A stretch of 64,000 nucleotides of DNA from an uncultured Acidobacteriota bacterium (GTDB taxonomy: Bacteria; Actinomycetota; Acidimicrobiia; Spongiisociales; ZC4RG35): NCBI GenBank assembly GCA_963828465.1, contig CAWHEU010000018.1:224001-288000 (forward strand). The letters are read 5' to 3'. The position numbers were made by a program, and so were the translations under genes. This document shows positions 21,418 through 31,444 of this stretch, piece by piece. Each line of letters begins with the position of its first letter. The stretch's first letter is position 1. The notes under the pieces are model-generated. The model was not told where the DNA came from. It worked only from the letters and a program-made list of their open reading frames with translations, and did not search any database.

Positions 21418-22029
21418 CTACTCGCCGACGGCGATGCGGGAAACCCTGCGCACCGAGATGTTCTCACCCATCTTGGACGCGAGGCTGCCCACCATGTCGC
21501 CGACAGTGCCGTCGAACCTTTCGGCGTTGACGAATTTCTGGTCGTAGAGGACGTTCTCGGCGAACCACGACTCGATCTTCCCGTCCACGATCCGCTCTAC
21601 GACATTCTCCGGCTTCCCCTCGGCCGCGGCCTGACGTGAGATGAGCTCGCGCTCCTTGGCCAGCGCATCCTGGTCGACTTCGTCACGGGTGACCCACGTG
21701 GGCCGCCCCCAGCTGATGTGCATGGCGATGTCGTTTGCCGTCTGGCGGAACTCGTCGCTCTTGGCGACGAAGTCGGTCTCACAGGCCAACTCCACCAGCA
21801 CCCCCATCACCGGCCGGTCGTTCTGGATGTGGATATAGCTGCCGATGGTTCCCTCGTTGGCCTCCCGTTCGGCCCGCTTGGCCATCTTTGCCTGGCCCCG
21901 CTCCCGAAGCAGCTCGAACGCCTTCTCCAGGTCGCCTCCGGCGTCAGTCAGTGCCGTCTTGGCGTCCATCATCCCGACGCCGGCATCCTGCCTCAGCTTC
22001 TGGATGTCCTTGGCGGTGAACTCAGCCAT
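21418..22029 (-). CDS. tsf: Elongation factor Ts (short, about 203 aa form)
   Basis: [13 protein letters not shown] and [10 protein letters not shown] motifs. Confidence 0.96.
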   Translation of the reverse strand: MAEFTAKDIQKLRQDAGVGMMDAKTALTDAGGDLEKAFELLRERGQAKMAKRAEREANEGTIGSYIHIQNDRPVMGVLVELACETDFVAKSDEFRQTANDIAMHISWGRPTWVTRDEVDQDALAKERELISRQAAAEGKPENVVERIVDGKIESWFAENVLYDQKFVNAERFDGTVGDMVGSLASKMGENISVRRVSRIAVGE

Positions 22030-22864
22030 TTTCGACCGTTTCCGTCTTGGGCTCCGAACCGGCATCGGCTGCCACTGCGGCGGGAGCAGGCTCTTGCTCG
22101 AAGTCCGGAATCGACTCGTCGACCGTGGGCTTGAAGTCCTCGGACTCGTCATCGGGGCTATCACCCTTGGACGCCTTGGCGCCGGCCATCCTCCGCCCTT
22201 CGAGGGCGGCGTCGGCGATGGCGCCCGCGATGAGATCGGCGGCCCGTATGGCATCGTCGTTCCCGGCGATGACGTAATCCACCCGGTCGGGATCGCTGTT
22301 CGAGTCGACGAGGGCGATCACGGGCATGCCGAGACGGGCAGCCTCGGTGACTGCTGTGGCCTCTGTGTTGACGTCGACGATGAACACGGCGTCTGGCGTC
22401 TTCTGCAGATCGACCACCCCACCCAGGTTCTGCTCCAACTTGGCCAGTTCACGCCGCAGCTTCAGACGCTCCTTCTTGGGAAGGTTGTTGATCTCCCCGC
22501 TCGCCTCGAGACGTCGCAGCTCGCGCATGTAGAAGATCCGCTTTTGGATGGTCTGGAAGTTGGTGAGCATGCCGCCGAGCCAGCGATAGTTGACATATGG
22601 CATGCCGGATCGGGTGGCGTGCTCGGCCACAGCGGCCTGAGCCTGCTTCTTCGTGCCGACGAAGAGGACGACACCCCCGTCGGAGGTGAGGTTCTTGACG
22701 TAGTCGGCGGCGGCGGCGGTCTGCTCCACCGTCTGCCGCAGGTCGATGATGTGGATTCCATTGCGCTCCCCATAGATATAGGGGCGCATCTTTGGGTTCC
22801 ACCGGCGGGTCTGATGCCCGAAATGGACACCCGCCTCCAAGAGTTGCTTCATCGAGACAGCCAA
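22022..22864 (-). CDS. rpsB: 30S ribosomal protein S2
   Basis: [19 protein letters not shown] and RWLGGMLTN motifs. Confidence 0.98.
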   Translation of the reverse strand: MAVSMKQLLEAGVHFGHQTRRWNPKMRPYIYGERNGIHIIDLRQTVEQTAAAADYVKNLTSDGGVVLFVGTKKQAQAAVAEHATRSGMPYVNYRWLGGMLTNFQTIQKRIFYMRELRRLEASGEINNLPKKERLKLRRELAKLEQNLGGVVDLQKTPDAVFIVDVNTEATAVTEAARLGMPVIALVDSNSDPDRVDYVIAGNDDAIRAADLIAGAIADAALEGRRMAGAKASKGDSPDDESEDFKPTVDESIPDFEQEPAPAAVAADAGSEPKTETVENG

Positions 22865-22972
22865 AGCTGCTCCTTTCTGGTTGTTCCTCCGCCTGCCGGC
22901 GAGTGCCTATCCGATTCACGGATGACCCTCTTCGGGACGCGCCCGACCAGTGAGGGTCAGCAGACGTGTGTG
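22865..22972 (-). promoter_or_regulatory. rpsB (S2 autoregulatory) leader
   Basis: The 5' UTR begins CACACACG and ends GCGGAGG..AACC before the RBS, as typical rpsB leaders do; a TACCAT -10 box lies just upstream. Confidence 0.6.
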
Positions 22973-23034
22973 ATGGGCCGAATGGTAGGAGCGTGAAGCG
23001 CGGAACCTAAAACCTAGGGCTTAGAACCTAGAAC

Positions 23035-23814
23035 CTAACCCCAGGATGGCTCGCCGAGACGATTGCGAAGCGACATCATCGTCTTGGCGTGGATCTGGCA
23101 GACCCGTGACTCAGTGACGCCGAGAACATCACCGATCTCGGCCAGTGTCATGCCCTCGTAGTAATAGAGGGTGACCACGAGCCGCTCCCGCTGAGGAAGG
23201 CGGTTGATGGCGTCGACCAGCCCATGACGTGTCTCCTCGGCCTGGAAAGCGGTCTCTGGCGACACCCCGGTGGGATCGGCAAGCATGTCGCCCACAGACG
23301 TCGACGAGTCGGCCCCGACGAACTCATCGAGTGCTGCGATGCCCGAGCGCCCGATCTCGGCCAGGGCGCCCTGCAAATCGCCAACATCCATCTCGAGAGT
23401 GTCGGCCAGCTCCTGGTCGGTTGGGGCCCGTTGCAGTGTGTGCTCCAACTCGGTGACGGCGGTCTCGATCTGGCGGGCCCTGGAGCGCACCGAGCGTGGC
23501 ACCCAGTCGAGGGCCCGGAGCTCGTCGAGAATGGCTCCCCTGATGCGGTTGATGGCATACGTCTCGAACTTGAAGCCCCGTTCGAGCTCGAACTTGTCGA
23601 TGGCGTCGATCAATCCGAAGAGCCCGTAGCTGGCGAGATCGTTCTGGTCGACCGAGCGCGGCAGCCCGGCTCCGATCCGACCCGCGACGTACTTGACCAG
23701 GGGCGAAAAATGGAGGATCAATCGCTCACGGGCATCGGCGTCGGCCGATGCCTTGAAGCGCTCCCACAGGGCATCGACCTGTCCGGTCTCAGGCCCTCGG
23801 GTGGCTTCGGTCAT
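23035..23814 (-). CDS. whiG: FliA/WhiG family RNA polymerase sigma factor
   Basis: KFETYAINRIRGAILDELRALDWVPRSVR and GVTESRVCQIH motifs; dprA-linked position as in other actinobacteria. Confidence 0.85.
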   Translation of the reverse strand: MTEATRGPETGQVDALWERFKASADADARERLILHFSPLVKYVAGRIGAGLPRSVDQNDLASYGLFGLIDAIDKFELERGFKFETYAINRIRGAILDELRALDWVPRSVRSRARQIETAVTELEHTLQRAPTDQELADTLEMDVGDLQGALAEIGRSGIAALDEFVGADSSTSVGDMLADPTGVSPETAFQAEETRHGLVDAINRLPQRERLVVTLYYYEGMTLAEIGDVLGVTESRVCQIHAKTMMSLRNRLGEPSWG

Positions 23815-24661
23815 ATGTGCCTCTCAGGTGCTGACGGGTGACGGCAGTGTAGATCTGGGTCGTGGCCAGGTCGGTGTGACCGAGCAGGTCCTGGACCGAC
23901 CGAAGATCGGCGCCGCCTTCGAGGAGATGGGTGGCGAAGCTATGCCGGAGGGCGTGGGGGAAGGTGGCGACTCGCTTTCTGACCACCGATCGGATGCCAC
24001 GCGTGCCCAGCGGTCCGCCCCGCAGCCCCACCCAGAGCGAGTTCCCGGCGGCCGCCCCCGCCAGCTCTGGCCTCCCTTGCCCGAGATAGCGGCGCACAGA
24101 TTCCTGAGCGGGCCTGCCAATCGGGACACGACGGGTTTTCCTCCCCTTGCCGACCACGGTGACCATGTCACCGCCTACGTCGTCGACTGAAAGCGAAGCG
24201 AGCTCGGAGACCCGGAGACCGGTCGAATACAGGGTGTCGATCAGCGCACGGTCCCGTAGTCCTTCAGCGGTCGTGGGATCGATGGTCTCGATGGCATGCA
24301 CCAGGGTCCGGCTCGGTATGGCATGGGGCAGCGGCCTGTCGAGCCGGGGTCGGGAGACGCCCTCGAATGGGTTGACCGTCGCCGAGTTGCGGCGACCTGC
24401 ATCGTTGTAGAAGGAGCGAACGGCAGAAGCTTTGCGAGTCATCGACCTCTTCGAGTAACCCTGAGCGGAAAGGGAGCCGAGATAACGGCGAGCATGCTGT
24501 CGGCGCACTGCGCCAATCGAATCCACTCCTTCGTCTCCGCAGTAGGCGAAGAACTGGGCCAGGTCGCGCCGGTAGGCCTCGAGGGTGTGTGGGGAGAGCT
24601 CTCTCTGATCACGCATGCGATCGAGGTATCCGTCGACGGGCTTGGCGGCCCAATCCGGCAT
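23789..24661 (-). CDS. xerC: Tyrosine recombinase XerC-like
   Basis: YSTGLRVSEL, HALRHSFATHLL and LGH..LATTQIYT motifs; housekeeping position after dprA. Confidence 0.88.
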   Translation of the reverse strand: MPDWAAKPVDGYLDRMRDQRELSPHTLEAYRRDLAQFFAYCGDEGVDSIGAVRRQHARRYLGSLSAQGYSKRSMTRKASAVRSFYNDAGRRNSATVNPFEGVSRPRLDRPLPHAIPSRTLVHAIETIDPTTAEGLRDRALIDTLYSTGLRVSELASLSVDDVGGDMVTVVGKGRKTRRVPIGRPAQESVRRYLGQGRPELAGAAAGNSLWVGLRGGPLGTRGIRSVVRKRVATFPHALRHSFATHLLEGGADLRSVQDLLGHTDLATTQIYTAVTRQHLRGTYDRSHPRA

Positions 24662-24713
24662 CGGAGGGATCTTCACAGGCCAGATGCTATTGGCGGAGCT
24701 GACCCCGGTCGGG

Positions 24714-25544
24714 TCAACCCGAGCCGGGGAGCACCACATCACCCACCCGGCGTGCCTCTCCCGCGATCTCCATCCTGGCGAGACGGGCAAGGGCCTCGGC
24801 GGGAGTGCACTCCCAGATCGAGGGGAGATCGTCGATGGCCAGGCCTGTTGGCGGGATGATGCCCGTGAGAACGGGCGTTTGGTTGGGCGGCTTGCCGAGG
24901 ATCAGCTCGAGCTCCGCCAGGAGGTCGTCGACTCCGAGGACCGGGAGTGCGCCGTCGCGTATGAGAAGGTTGCACCCGACCGAGGCGGATCGGTCGACAT
25001 CACCAGGGACCACCAGGACCGGACGCCCCATCTCGGCGGCCAGGCGCGCCGTGATCAGCGCCCCGCCCTTCACCCCGGCCTCGACCACCACGACGGCCGA
25101 GGAAATGCCGGCAATGATCCGGTTCCGTGCCGGGAAGCGCCAGCGGTCGGGCCTGGTCCCCGGTGGATACTCGGACATGATCGCCCCGCCTTTGAGCAGG
25201 ATCGACCGATAGAGATCGGCGTTCTCGGCCGGGTAGACGACATCGACACCAGACCCCAGGACCGCCACGGCGCTGCCCTGACCCCGCAGAGTTCCGCGAT
25301 GGGCCGCAGCGTCGATGCCCCTGGCCAGACCACTCACGGTGGTCCATCCCGCCCGGGAAAGGGCGTGGCCGAAGGCCTCGGCCAGATTGAGGCCATAGCG
25401 CGTGCACTTCCTCGTGCCCACGACGGCAACGGCTGGATCGGTCGTGGTAACGCCGAGGACATAGAGAGGTGGAGGATCCTCCAGATCGTGCAGACCCACG
25501 GGGTAATCCGGTCCGTGCGGGACGATCACCCTTAGGTCATTCAT
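24714..25544 (-). CDS. dprA: DNA-processing protein DprA
   Basis: VAVVGTR, VSGLARGIDAAAH and FPARNRII motifs. Confidence 0.95.
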   Translation of the reverse strand: MNDLRVIVPHGPDYPVGLHDLEDPPPLYVLGVTTTDPAVAVVGTRKCTRYGLNLAEAFGHALSRAGWTTVSGLARGIDAAAHRGTLRGQGSAVAVLGSGVDVVYPAENADLYRSILLKGGAIMSEYPPGTRPDRWRFPARNRIIAGISSAVVVVEAGVKGGALITARLAAEMGRPVLVVPGDVDRSASVGCNLLIRDGALPVLGVDDLLAELELILGKPPNQTPVLTGIIPPTGLAIDDLPSIWECTPAEALARLARMEIAGEARRVGDVVLPGSG

Positions 25545-27009
25545 CCCGCCACTCGCCGCGGAGGCCGACGGCCTCGGCCATGTGGTGCTCCTCGACCTGG
25601 TCTGCTCCTTCCAGGTCGGCAATGGTGCGGGCTACTCGACGGACACGGTCGCCGCCTCGGGCGGTGAGCACCGCGTTTCCGACGGCCATGGCCACCAGAC
25701 GTCGTGCTGCCTTGGATTCCTGCCCATCCCCCGGCTCGAGAAACCGGTTGACCTGCCCCCGTTCCAGCTGGGCGGCCCGCGCTTGCTCGACCCGATGGGC
25801 GACCGAAGCGCTCGTCTCGCCTTTCGGCCCCGAATATTCGGTGGCCTCGACCCGGCCCAGGCGAACGATCAGGTCGAATCGATCGACCAATGGGCCGGAG
25901 ATTCGGGACCGATACCGCCCCAGGATGGCCGGGCGACAGTCACACGGCCGGCGGCCGTCGCCTAAATAGCCACATGGACACGGGTTGGTGGCGGCCAGGA
26001 GCTGAAACGAAGCCGGGAAATCGAGGGAGGAGCCCCGACGGGCGACGGACACGACACCTTCCTCCAACGGCTGGCGCAGCGTGTCGAGATGACTGCGAGG
26101 AAACTCGGCCAACTCGTCTAGAAAAAGGACACCCCTATGGGCGAGGGACGCTTCACCTGGAACGGGATTACCACTGCCGCCGCCGACGAGTGCCGCCTTG
26201 GAGGCGGTGTGATGGGGAGCACGAAAAGGTGGCGTGACGACCAAGCCCCGGCGCCGGCCCGCCGCAGCCCAAAGCATCGCCGTCTCAACCGCCTCTGCGA
26301 TCTCGAGTGGTGGGAGGATGCCAATGATCCGCCGGGCCAACATGGTCTTGCCCGATCCCGGCGGCCCATGCATCAGCAGGTGGTGGCCGCCGGCCGCCGC
26401 CACCTCGAGTGCCCGCCTCGCCATCGGCTGGCCCCTGATATCGGCGAGGTCAGGTGCCCGCTCCTCGGACGTAGGGACACCGGGTCGTGCCGGCTCGACG
26501 GTCCCCAGACCTCCCCTGAGAAGGTCCACCGCGTCCGCCAGGCTGGCGACCCCATACGCCGTGGCCCCGGGGATTGATGCCGCCTCACCGACGACGGCGG
26601 TGGCGACCAGGCACGGCACGTTCTGCCTGGCACTCAGCACGCCGGCACCGAACGCGTGGGATCCCGCTCTGACAGCGCCGTCGAGCGCAAGCTCGCCGAC
26701 GACGACAGCGTCGCGGAGCGGCGGGATCTCCTTGCTGGCAGCGAGGATGCCCAGGGCGATCGGGAGGTCGTAGTCCGTCCCTCCCTTGGGAAGGTCGGCC
26801 GGGGCGAGGTTCACCGTGACCGTCCGATTGGGAAAGCGGATCCCGGCCGAGGCGACCGCCGCCCTAACCCGATCTTTTGCCTCTCGCACCGCGGTGTCGG
26901 GGAGACCGGACAACTTGAATGCCTCGCTCTGACGCCCGACATGGGCTTCGACGCGGACAGGTCGCGCCTCTCCCCCCACGAGGGCCACCGAAGTGGCTGC
27001 CGCGTACAT
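25537..27009 (-). CDS. comM: YifB/ComM family Mg-chelatase-like AAA+ ATPase
   Basis: NLAPADLPKGG..YDLPIA, GPPGSGKT, FRAPHH and NPCPCG motifs. Confidence 0.93.
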   Translation of the reverse strand: MYAAATSVALVGGEARPVRVEAHVGRQSEAFKLSGLPDTAVREAKDRVRAAVASAGIRFPNRTVTVNLAPADLPKGGTDYDLPIALGILAASKEIPPLRDAVVVGELALDGAVRAGSHAFGAGVLSARQNVPCLVATAVVGEAASIPGATAYGVASLADAVDLLRGGLGTVEPARPGVPTSEERAPDLADIRGQPMARRALEVAAAGGHHLLMHGPPGSGKTMLARRIIGILPPLEIAEAVETAMLWAAAGRRRGLVVTPPFRAPHHTASKAALVGGGSGNPVPGEASLAHRGVLFLDELAEFPRSHLDTLRQPLEEGVVSVARRGSSLDFPASFQLLAATNPCPCGYLGDGRRPCDCRPAILGRYRSRISGPLVDRFDLIVRLGRVEATEYSGPKGETSASVAHRVEQARAAQLERGQVNRFLEPGDGQESKAARRLVAMAVGNAVLTARGGDRVRRVARTIADLEGADQVEEHHMAEAVGLRGEWRDE

Positions 27010-27119
27010 GGCCCGAACGTACGAGAGGCCTGGGGTCGTTGGAAGGGGTGCGTGCCGAAGTACGCGACTAACCGTTAGGTCAGGTTTACCGTCTTCCCGG
27101 CACGTTGGTGCCGATCGTC

Positions 27120-28121
27120 ATGAGTCACAACCCCACTACCAGGACCTCGCCTCGCCCTGCGCCGCCAAAGACCCGTCGCCGTCGCTACAGCTCTGGCCAG
27201 CGCTGGACGATTCGGATCCTCATCTTCCTGGTTCTCGCAGCTGCAACCCTGGTCGCCCTCACCTTCCTGGCCGACTTTCAGATGGAGGACGCCGGGCCAA
27301 TGCCCTCGCTGGCTGCGGGTGACGGGGTCTACCTCATCGTGGGTAGTGACAGCCGGGAGAACCTTCCCGACGACCTGGAAGGGAGCTTCGGGGACTTCAG
27401 CGGCGCCCGAGCCGACGTCATCATCCTGGCCCAGGTGGTGGATGGGCGGAGACAGCTGCTGTCGATACCCCGTGACCTCAGGGTCGAGATACCTGGCCAG
27501 GGAGTGAACAAGGTCAACGCGGCCTACGCCTTCGGTGGCCCTGATCTCCTCGTGGACACAGTCGCCAACGCCACCGGGGTGCGGCCGAACCATTATCTCG
27601 AAGTGGAGTTCGGAGGTTTTGCCGGGATCGTCGACGCATTGGGTGGCATCGAGCTCGACATCCCCTATCCGGCCCGTGATGCCAAGTCCGGGCTGGATAT
27701 CGGGGCCGGCGTGCAAACAGTCGATGGCGCGACCGCTTTGGCGTATGCCCGTTCGCGCAGTTACGAGGAACAGATAGATGGGGAATGGGTGGCTCAGGGA
27801 GGTGGCGATGTTGCTCGTGCCGCCCGGCAGCGGGAGGTCCTGACCAAGATCATGGCTGCGGCGTCGTCACCTTCAGGTCTGGTCCGCAGTCCTCTCGTGG
27901 TGACCGCCGTTGGCTCTCATCTCACCGCCGACTCCGGCCTGACCGTCTTCGATCTGGCGGGGACCGGGTGGGATATGCGCTCTGCCGGTGTCACCGAATC
28001 AATGACCCTCCCCGTCGTCGGCGCCGAAGAGGGCGGGGTGTCGTATCTGGTGCGGGACGATCCTGCCGCCACGGAAGTCCTGAACGCCTTCGCCGCCGGC
28101 CAGCCACTGCCCGCCTCCTAA
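27120..28121 (+). CDS. LCP (LytR-CpsA-Psr) family cell-wall phosphotransferase
   Basis: N-terminal TM helix; LIVGSDSR, RADVII, SIPRDL, KVNAAYAFGG and ALAYARSR motifs. Confidence 0.93.
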   Translation: MSHNPTTRTSPRPAPPKTRRRRYSSGQRWTIRILIFLVLAAATLVALTFLADFQMEDAGPMPSLAAGDGVYLIVGSDSRENLPDDLEGSFGDFSGARADVIILAQVVDGRRQLLSIPRDLRVEIPGQGVNKVNAAYAFGGPDLLVDTVANATGVRPNHYLEVEFGGFAGIVDALGGIELDIPYPARDAKSGLDIGAGVQTVDGATALAYARSRSYEEQIDGEWVAQGGGDVARAARQREVLTKIMAAASSPSGLVRSPLVVTAVGSHLTADSGLTVFDLAGTGWDMRSAGVTESMTLPVVGAEEGGVSYLVRDDPAATEVLNAFAAGQPLPAS

Positions 28122-28927
28122 CCGGGCCGCGGGGGACCGCTCCGCAGCCATGCGATCGTCTCTTCAACCGGCTCGTCGTCCAGATCAGGCCCGCTCAGAA
28201 TCCAGGTGGCACCCGCCTGCTCGAATGCCTCGACGTCGGCAGTGGGCGGCCCACCGATCACGACGTCGAAGGCCTCATCGCCCTGTCTATGGGTCATGAC
28301 ATAACCGGCGATCATCGCCACATCCGAGGGGTCCAGCGCCTGCTCGTCGCTCCGCATCGGGACCACACCGTCGAACCGTGCCGCACGACGCAGGGGTCGG
28401 AGGTTGGGCAACATCCCGGCCACCCAGATCGGGATCTTGCCAAGTGGCCGAGGGGCGAATCGGTTTTCGGTGACGGTGTAGTGCTCCCCTTCGAAGTCGA
28501 AGGCCTCGCCCGACCACACGGCCTGGATGATGGCGAGAGCCTCGTCCAGCATGTCTGCGCGTTCTCTGGCATCGGTCGGATCGCCGAAGGTGCCGAACTC
28601 GACCTCTGGCCAGTAGCCGATACCGACACCCAGGATCATTCGCCCTTCGGTCAGCCGATCCAGCGTCACAGCTCGCCGGGCCACCTCCCAGGGACGGTGC
28701 CGGGGCAGGGCGGCCACCATCGGGCCGATGCGCACTCTGCTCGTGGCCTGTCCGATCGCCCCGAGCAACACCCACGGATCGGCCACCGGCATGCCGTCAT
28801 CGACGACGATGTGGTCCCAGACGAAGAACCCGTCCCAGCCTGCCTCCTCGGCGGCGACCGCAAGGTCGACCAGCAAACCGGGCTCCGCGTACAGTCCAAA
28901 GTTCGGGAAGTTGAGGCCGAATCGCAC
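28118..28927 (-). CDS. LLM class flavin-dependent oxidoreductase
   Basis: AEEAGWDGFFVWDH and TLDRLTEGRMILGVG motifs. Confidence 0.9.
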   Translation of the reverse strand: MRFGLNFPNFGLYAEPGLLVDLAVAAEEAGWDGFFVWDHIVVDDGMPVADPWVLLGAIGQATSRVRIGPMVAALPRHRPWEVARRAVTLDRLTEGRMILGVGIGYWPEVEFGTFGDPTDARERADMLDEALAIIQAVWSGEAFDFEGEHYTVTENRFAPRPLGKIPIWVAGMLPNLRPLRRAARFDGVVPMRSDEQALDPSDVAMIAGYVMTHRQGDEAFDVVIGGPPTADVEAFEQAGATWILSGPDLDDEPVEETIAWLRSGPPRPG

Positions 28928-28964
28928 CCGCCAAGGCTATCCATTCGGCACGTAGCATCGACGT

Positions 28965-29408
28965 GTGCCCGACCCGTTCCTCGACGCAGCCATCGACGAG
29001 GCCGGCCTGGGCTTGGCGGAGGGTGGGATTCCGATCGGGTCGGTGCTCGTCCTCGACGACCGGATCGTGGGTCGGGGGCATAACCGACGGGTTCAGAAGG
29101 GCAGCCCGATCCTGCACGGCGAGATGGATGCCCTGGAGAATGCCGGCCGTCTAATCGCCTCCGAATATCGGAGATCCACGATCTACACCACGCTCTCTCC
29201 GTGCCCCATGTGCACGGGAGCGATCCTGCTCTACGGGATCCCGAGGGTCGTGATCGGGGAGAATCGAACCTTTCTCGGCGGCGAAGATCTGCTCAGAGCC
29301 AACAGCGTCGAGGTTGTCGTGGTCGACGACCAGCGATGTGTCGACATGATGACCGGGTTCATCGAAGCCCGGCCTGAACTGTGGAACGAGGACATCGGGG
29401 AGGTCTAG
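28965..29408 (+). CDS. Cytosine/nucleoside deaminase (yeast Fcy1-like)
   Basis: EGGIPIGSVL, HGE, SPCPMC and WNEDIGE motifs. Confidence 0.9.
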   Translation: MPDPFLDAAIDEAGLGLAEGGIPIGSVLVLDDRIVGRGHNRRVQKGSPILHGEMDALENAGRLIASEYRRSTIYTTLSPCPMCTGAILLYGIPRVVIGENRTFLGGEDLLRANSVEVVVVDDQRCVDMMTGFIEARPELWNEDIGEV

Positions 29409-29432
29409 GGGCTGGGACGGCTGCCCCTAGGT

Positions 29433-29562
29433 TCAGTGACCGCGCTGCACAGCGTTGTCCTCAGTTGCGCGTGATGCAGCGCAGATGACGGGAGGGGCGG
29501 GAGCTCAGTGACCGCGCTGCACAGCGTTGCTTTGTGGTCGCGCCAATGCAGCGCAGACCACG
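29433..29562. repeat. Two direct copies (72-bp period) of a palindromic REP-like unit
   Basis: TCAGTGACCGCGCTGCACAGCGTTG occurs at 29433 and 29505; each copy is followed by a variable loop and ATGCAGCGCAGA (arms GCGCTGCA...TGCAGCGC). Confidence 0.85.
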
Positions 29563-29601
29563 CCTCCATCCTTCATGCATCCAGGACGGAGAGCCGACCC
29601 C

Positions 29602-30382
29602 CTATCTCCCCTTCCATTCCGGGTCCCGCTTCTCGAGAAAGGCAAGCAATCCCTCGGCGGCATCCTCTGTGCCGAGGGCCACTGACTGAGCCTCACCCTC
29701 CCAGGAGAGGGCATCGGCCAGCCCGATCTGGAAGCTGGCGTTGAGGGTCTGCTTGGCGAACATCTGGGCCACGGGCGCCCCTGCCAGGAACCCATCGGCG
29801 ATCTCGGTGACGCGATCTTCGAGGACATCTACCGGGACGACCTCGGTGACCAGCCCGATCCGCTGCGCCTCATCGGCCTCGACGATTCGCCCCGACAGCG
29901 CCAGCTCCTTGGCCCGTTGCATGCCGACGATCCGTGGCAACAGCCAGGAGCCGCCGAAAGTCAACTGTCAGCCCCCTTCTCACGAAGATCTCGGAGAATC
30001 GGGCCCGCTCGGTGGCGACCACAACGTCACATCCGAGGGCGAGGTTCAAGCCCGCCCCGACTGCAACCCCATCGACGGCAGCGATAGCGGGCTTGGTCAA
30101 CCGGTGGAGGGCCATGGCAGCCGCCGCCACCTCCTTCATCCTCGAGTGGCGATCCTCGACGGATTGGAGCCGATCCACCCGCGATGGATCCAGGTCGGCG
30201 CCGGCGCAGAACTCCCCACCGGCGCCGGTGACCACGAGCACCCGCTGCTCAGACCCCTCGAAATCGTCGAAGGCAAACCGCAGCTCTGGCCAGCCGTCGA
30301 ACGGGATGGCGTTTTTTCGATCGGGACGGTCGATCGTGAGCCAGCGCACCAGTCCGCGATCCCCTGAGTGCAACCAGCTCAC
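29602..30382 (-). CDS. Enoyl-CoA hydratase/isomerase (frameshift near 29963)
   Basis: IDRPDRKNA, FCAGADL and AVGAGLNLALGCD, then FGGSWLLPRIVG in another frame. Confidence 0.88.
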
Positions 30383-30426
30383 CGCGATGACGGTAGACAC
30401 CGCAAGGCGTGGTTACCGTTCCAGGA

Positions 30427-30540
30427 ATGGGGTTCAACCCGTTTCGCGATCACGAAAAGAGCACCGCTGACATCGTCGCGGTGGTCGTGGCGTTCGCGGC
30501 GATATTCGCGGTCCTGGCGTGGGCGATCTTCTCGGGGTGA
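30427..30540 (+). CDS. 37-aa single-TM peptide
   Basis: MGFNPFRDHEKSTADIVAVVVAFAAIFAVLAWAIFSG; TACCGT -10 box 7 nt upstream (leaderless); stop overlaps the next GTG. Confidence 0.6.
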   Translation: MGFNPFRDHEKSTADIVAVVVAFAAIFAVLAWAIFSG

Positions 30541-30726
30541 CGGTCTCCCCGGTGCAGCCCTACGCGGCGCGCGAAGGAGTACATCTGCCCCGGCTGCTCG
30601 ACGATCATCCCTCCCGGCACGTTTCATCTGGTCGTCGTGCCCGACCACGAACCCGACTTACGCCGGCACTGGCATCACGGCTGCTGGCACAAGGAGATGC
30701 GTCGTCGGTTCGGTGCTCGGACCTAG
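30537..30726 (+). CDS. Small Cys/His protein (YxCPGC...RRHWH..CW family), 1-bp frameshift near 30572
   Basis: VTVSPVQPYAAR joins KEYICPGCSTIIPPGTFHLVVVPDHEPDLRRHWHHGCW; resembles a conserved small actinobacterial Zn-binding protein. Confidence 0.7.
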
Positions 30727-31444
30727 TGCCGAGGAGAGGCGAGGCTTTTCTGCTCATCCACAGCCCGCTGCTCGGACCATCCTGCTGGGGCCCCTTCGGG
30801 AACGGTGGCCTCCAACGCCGGCCATCCGATCGCGATCCCGGACCTGACGAGCGCCAGCACCGCGCGAACCACCAGGCTGGGAGGCTCTCGTCGAAGCCGC
30901 AGTCGCTGCCGGGGAAGATCTCGGATCGGAGCCAGTCGTGATCGGCCATTCGGGCGCTGGCGTGTTTCTCCCCGTGATCGCCCATCGACTTGGAGCAATA
31001 GCAGTGCTATTCATCGATGCCGTGGTGCCGCCCCTTCAGGGAGTGCACCGGACATCGCCGTCGCTGACACGACTGCTCGACGATCAGGTCGTCGACGGGA
31101 AGCTCCGTCGATGGATTGACTGGTGGCCGGCGGAGACGGTCGCCGACTTGCTTCCCAAACCGGAAGACCGGTCACGCTTGTCGAGTGACATGCCAATCGT
31201 GTCGAGGTCCTTCTACGACGAGGGAGTCCCCGTCCCCGAAGGTTGGTCGCACCGCAACTGCGGCTATCTCCGGCTGAGCGCGGCCTACGACGAGGAATAT
31301 GCCGAAGCTGGGAGGCGGGGCTGGGCTCGCCTGCTGTTCGATGGGGATCACCTCAGCATCTTCACGCGGTCCGCCCCCGTCCTCTCCGCTGTGGAGGAGC
31401 TGTTCACCGGCGTCGTGCGGCCCGATCAGGCGTCGCGACGGTGA
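30726..31444 (+). CDS. Alpha/beta hydrolase (frameshifted)
   Basis: N-terminal LLIHSPLLGPSCW, nucleophile elbow GHSGAG and C-terminal GDHL; the N- and C-parts are in different frames. Confidence 0.75.

Noticed and set aside
23003-23037. Short heptamer-like repeat (GAACCTA/AAACCTA)
   Set aside because: It has only four to five degenerate units in an intergenic spacer and no evidence of function.
23789-24661. Tyrosine recombinase as an integrase or prophage marker
   Set aside because: It has the housekeeping XerC position after dprA; no att sites, tRNA or mobile cargo are seen.
29433-29562. Possible mini CRISPR array
   Set aside because: There are only two units, the 'spacers' share a conserved palindromic arm, and no cas genes are in the window.
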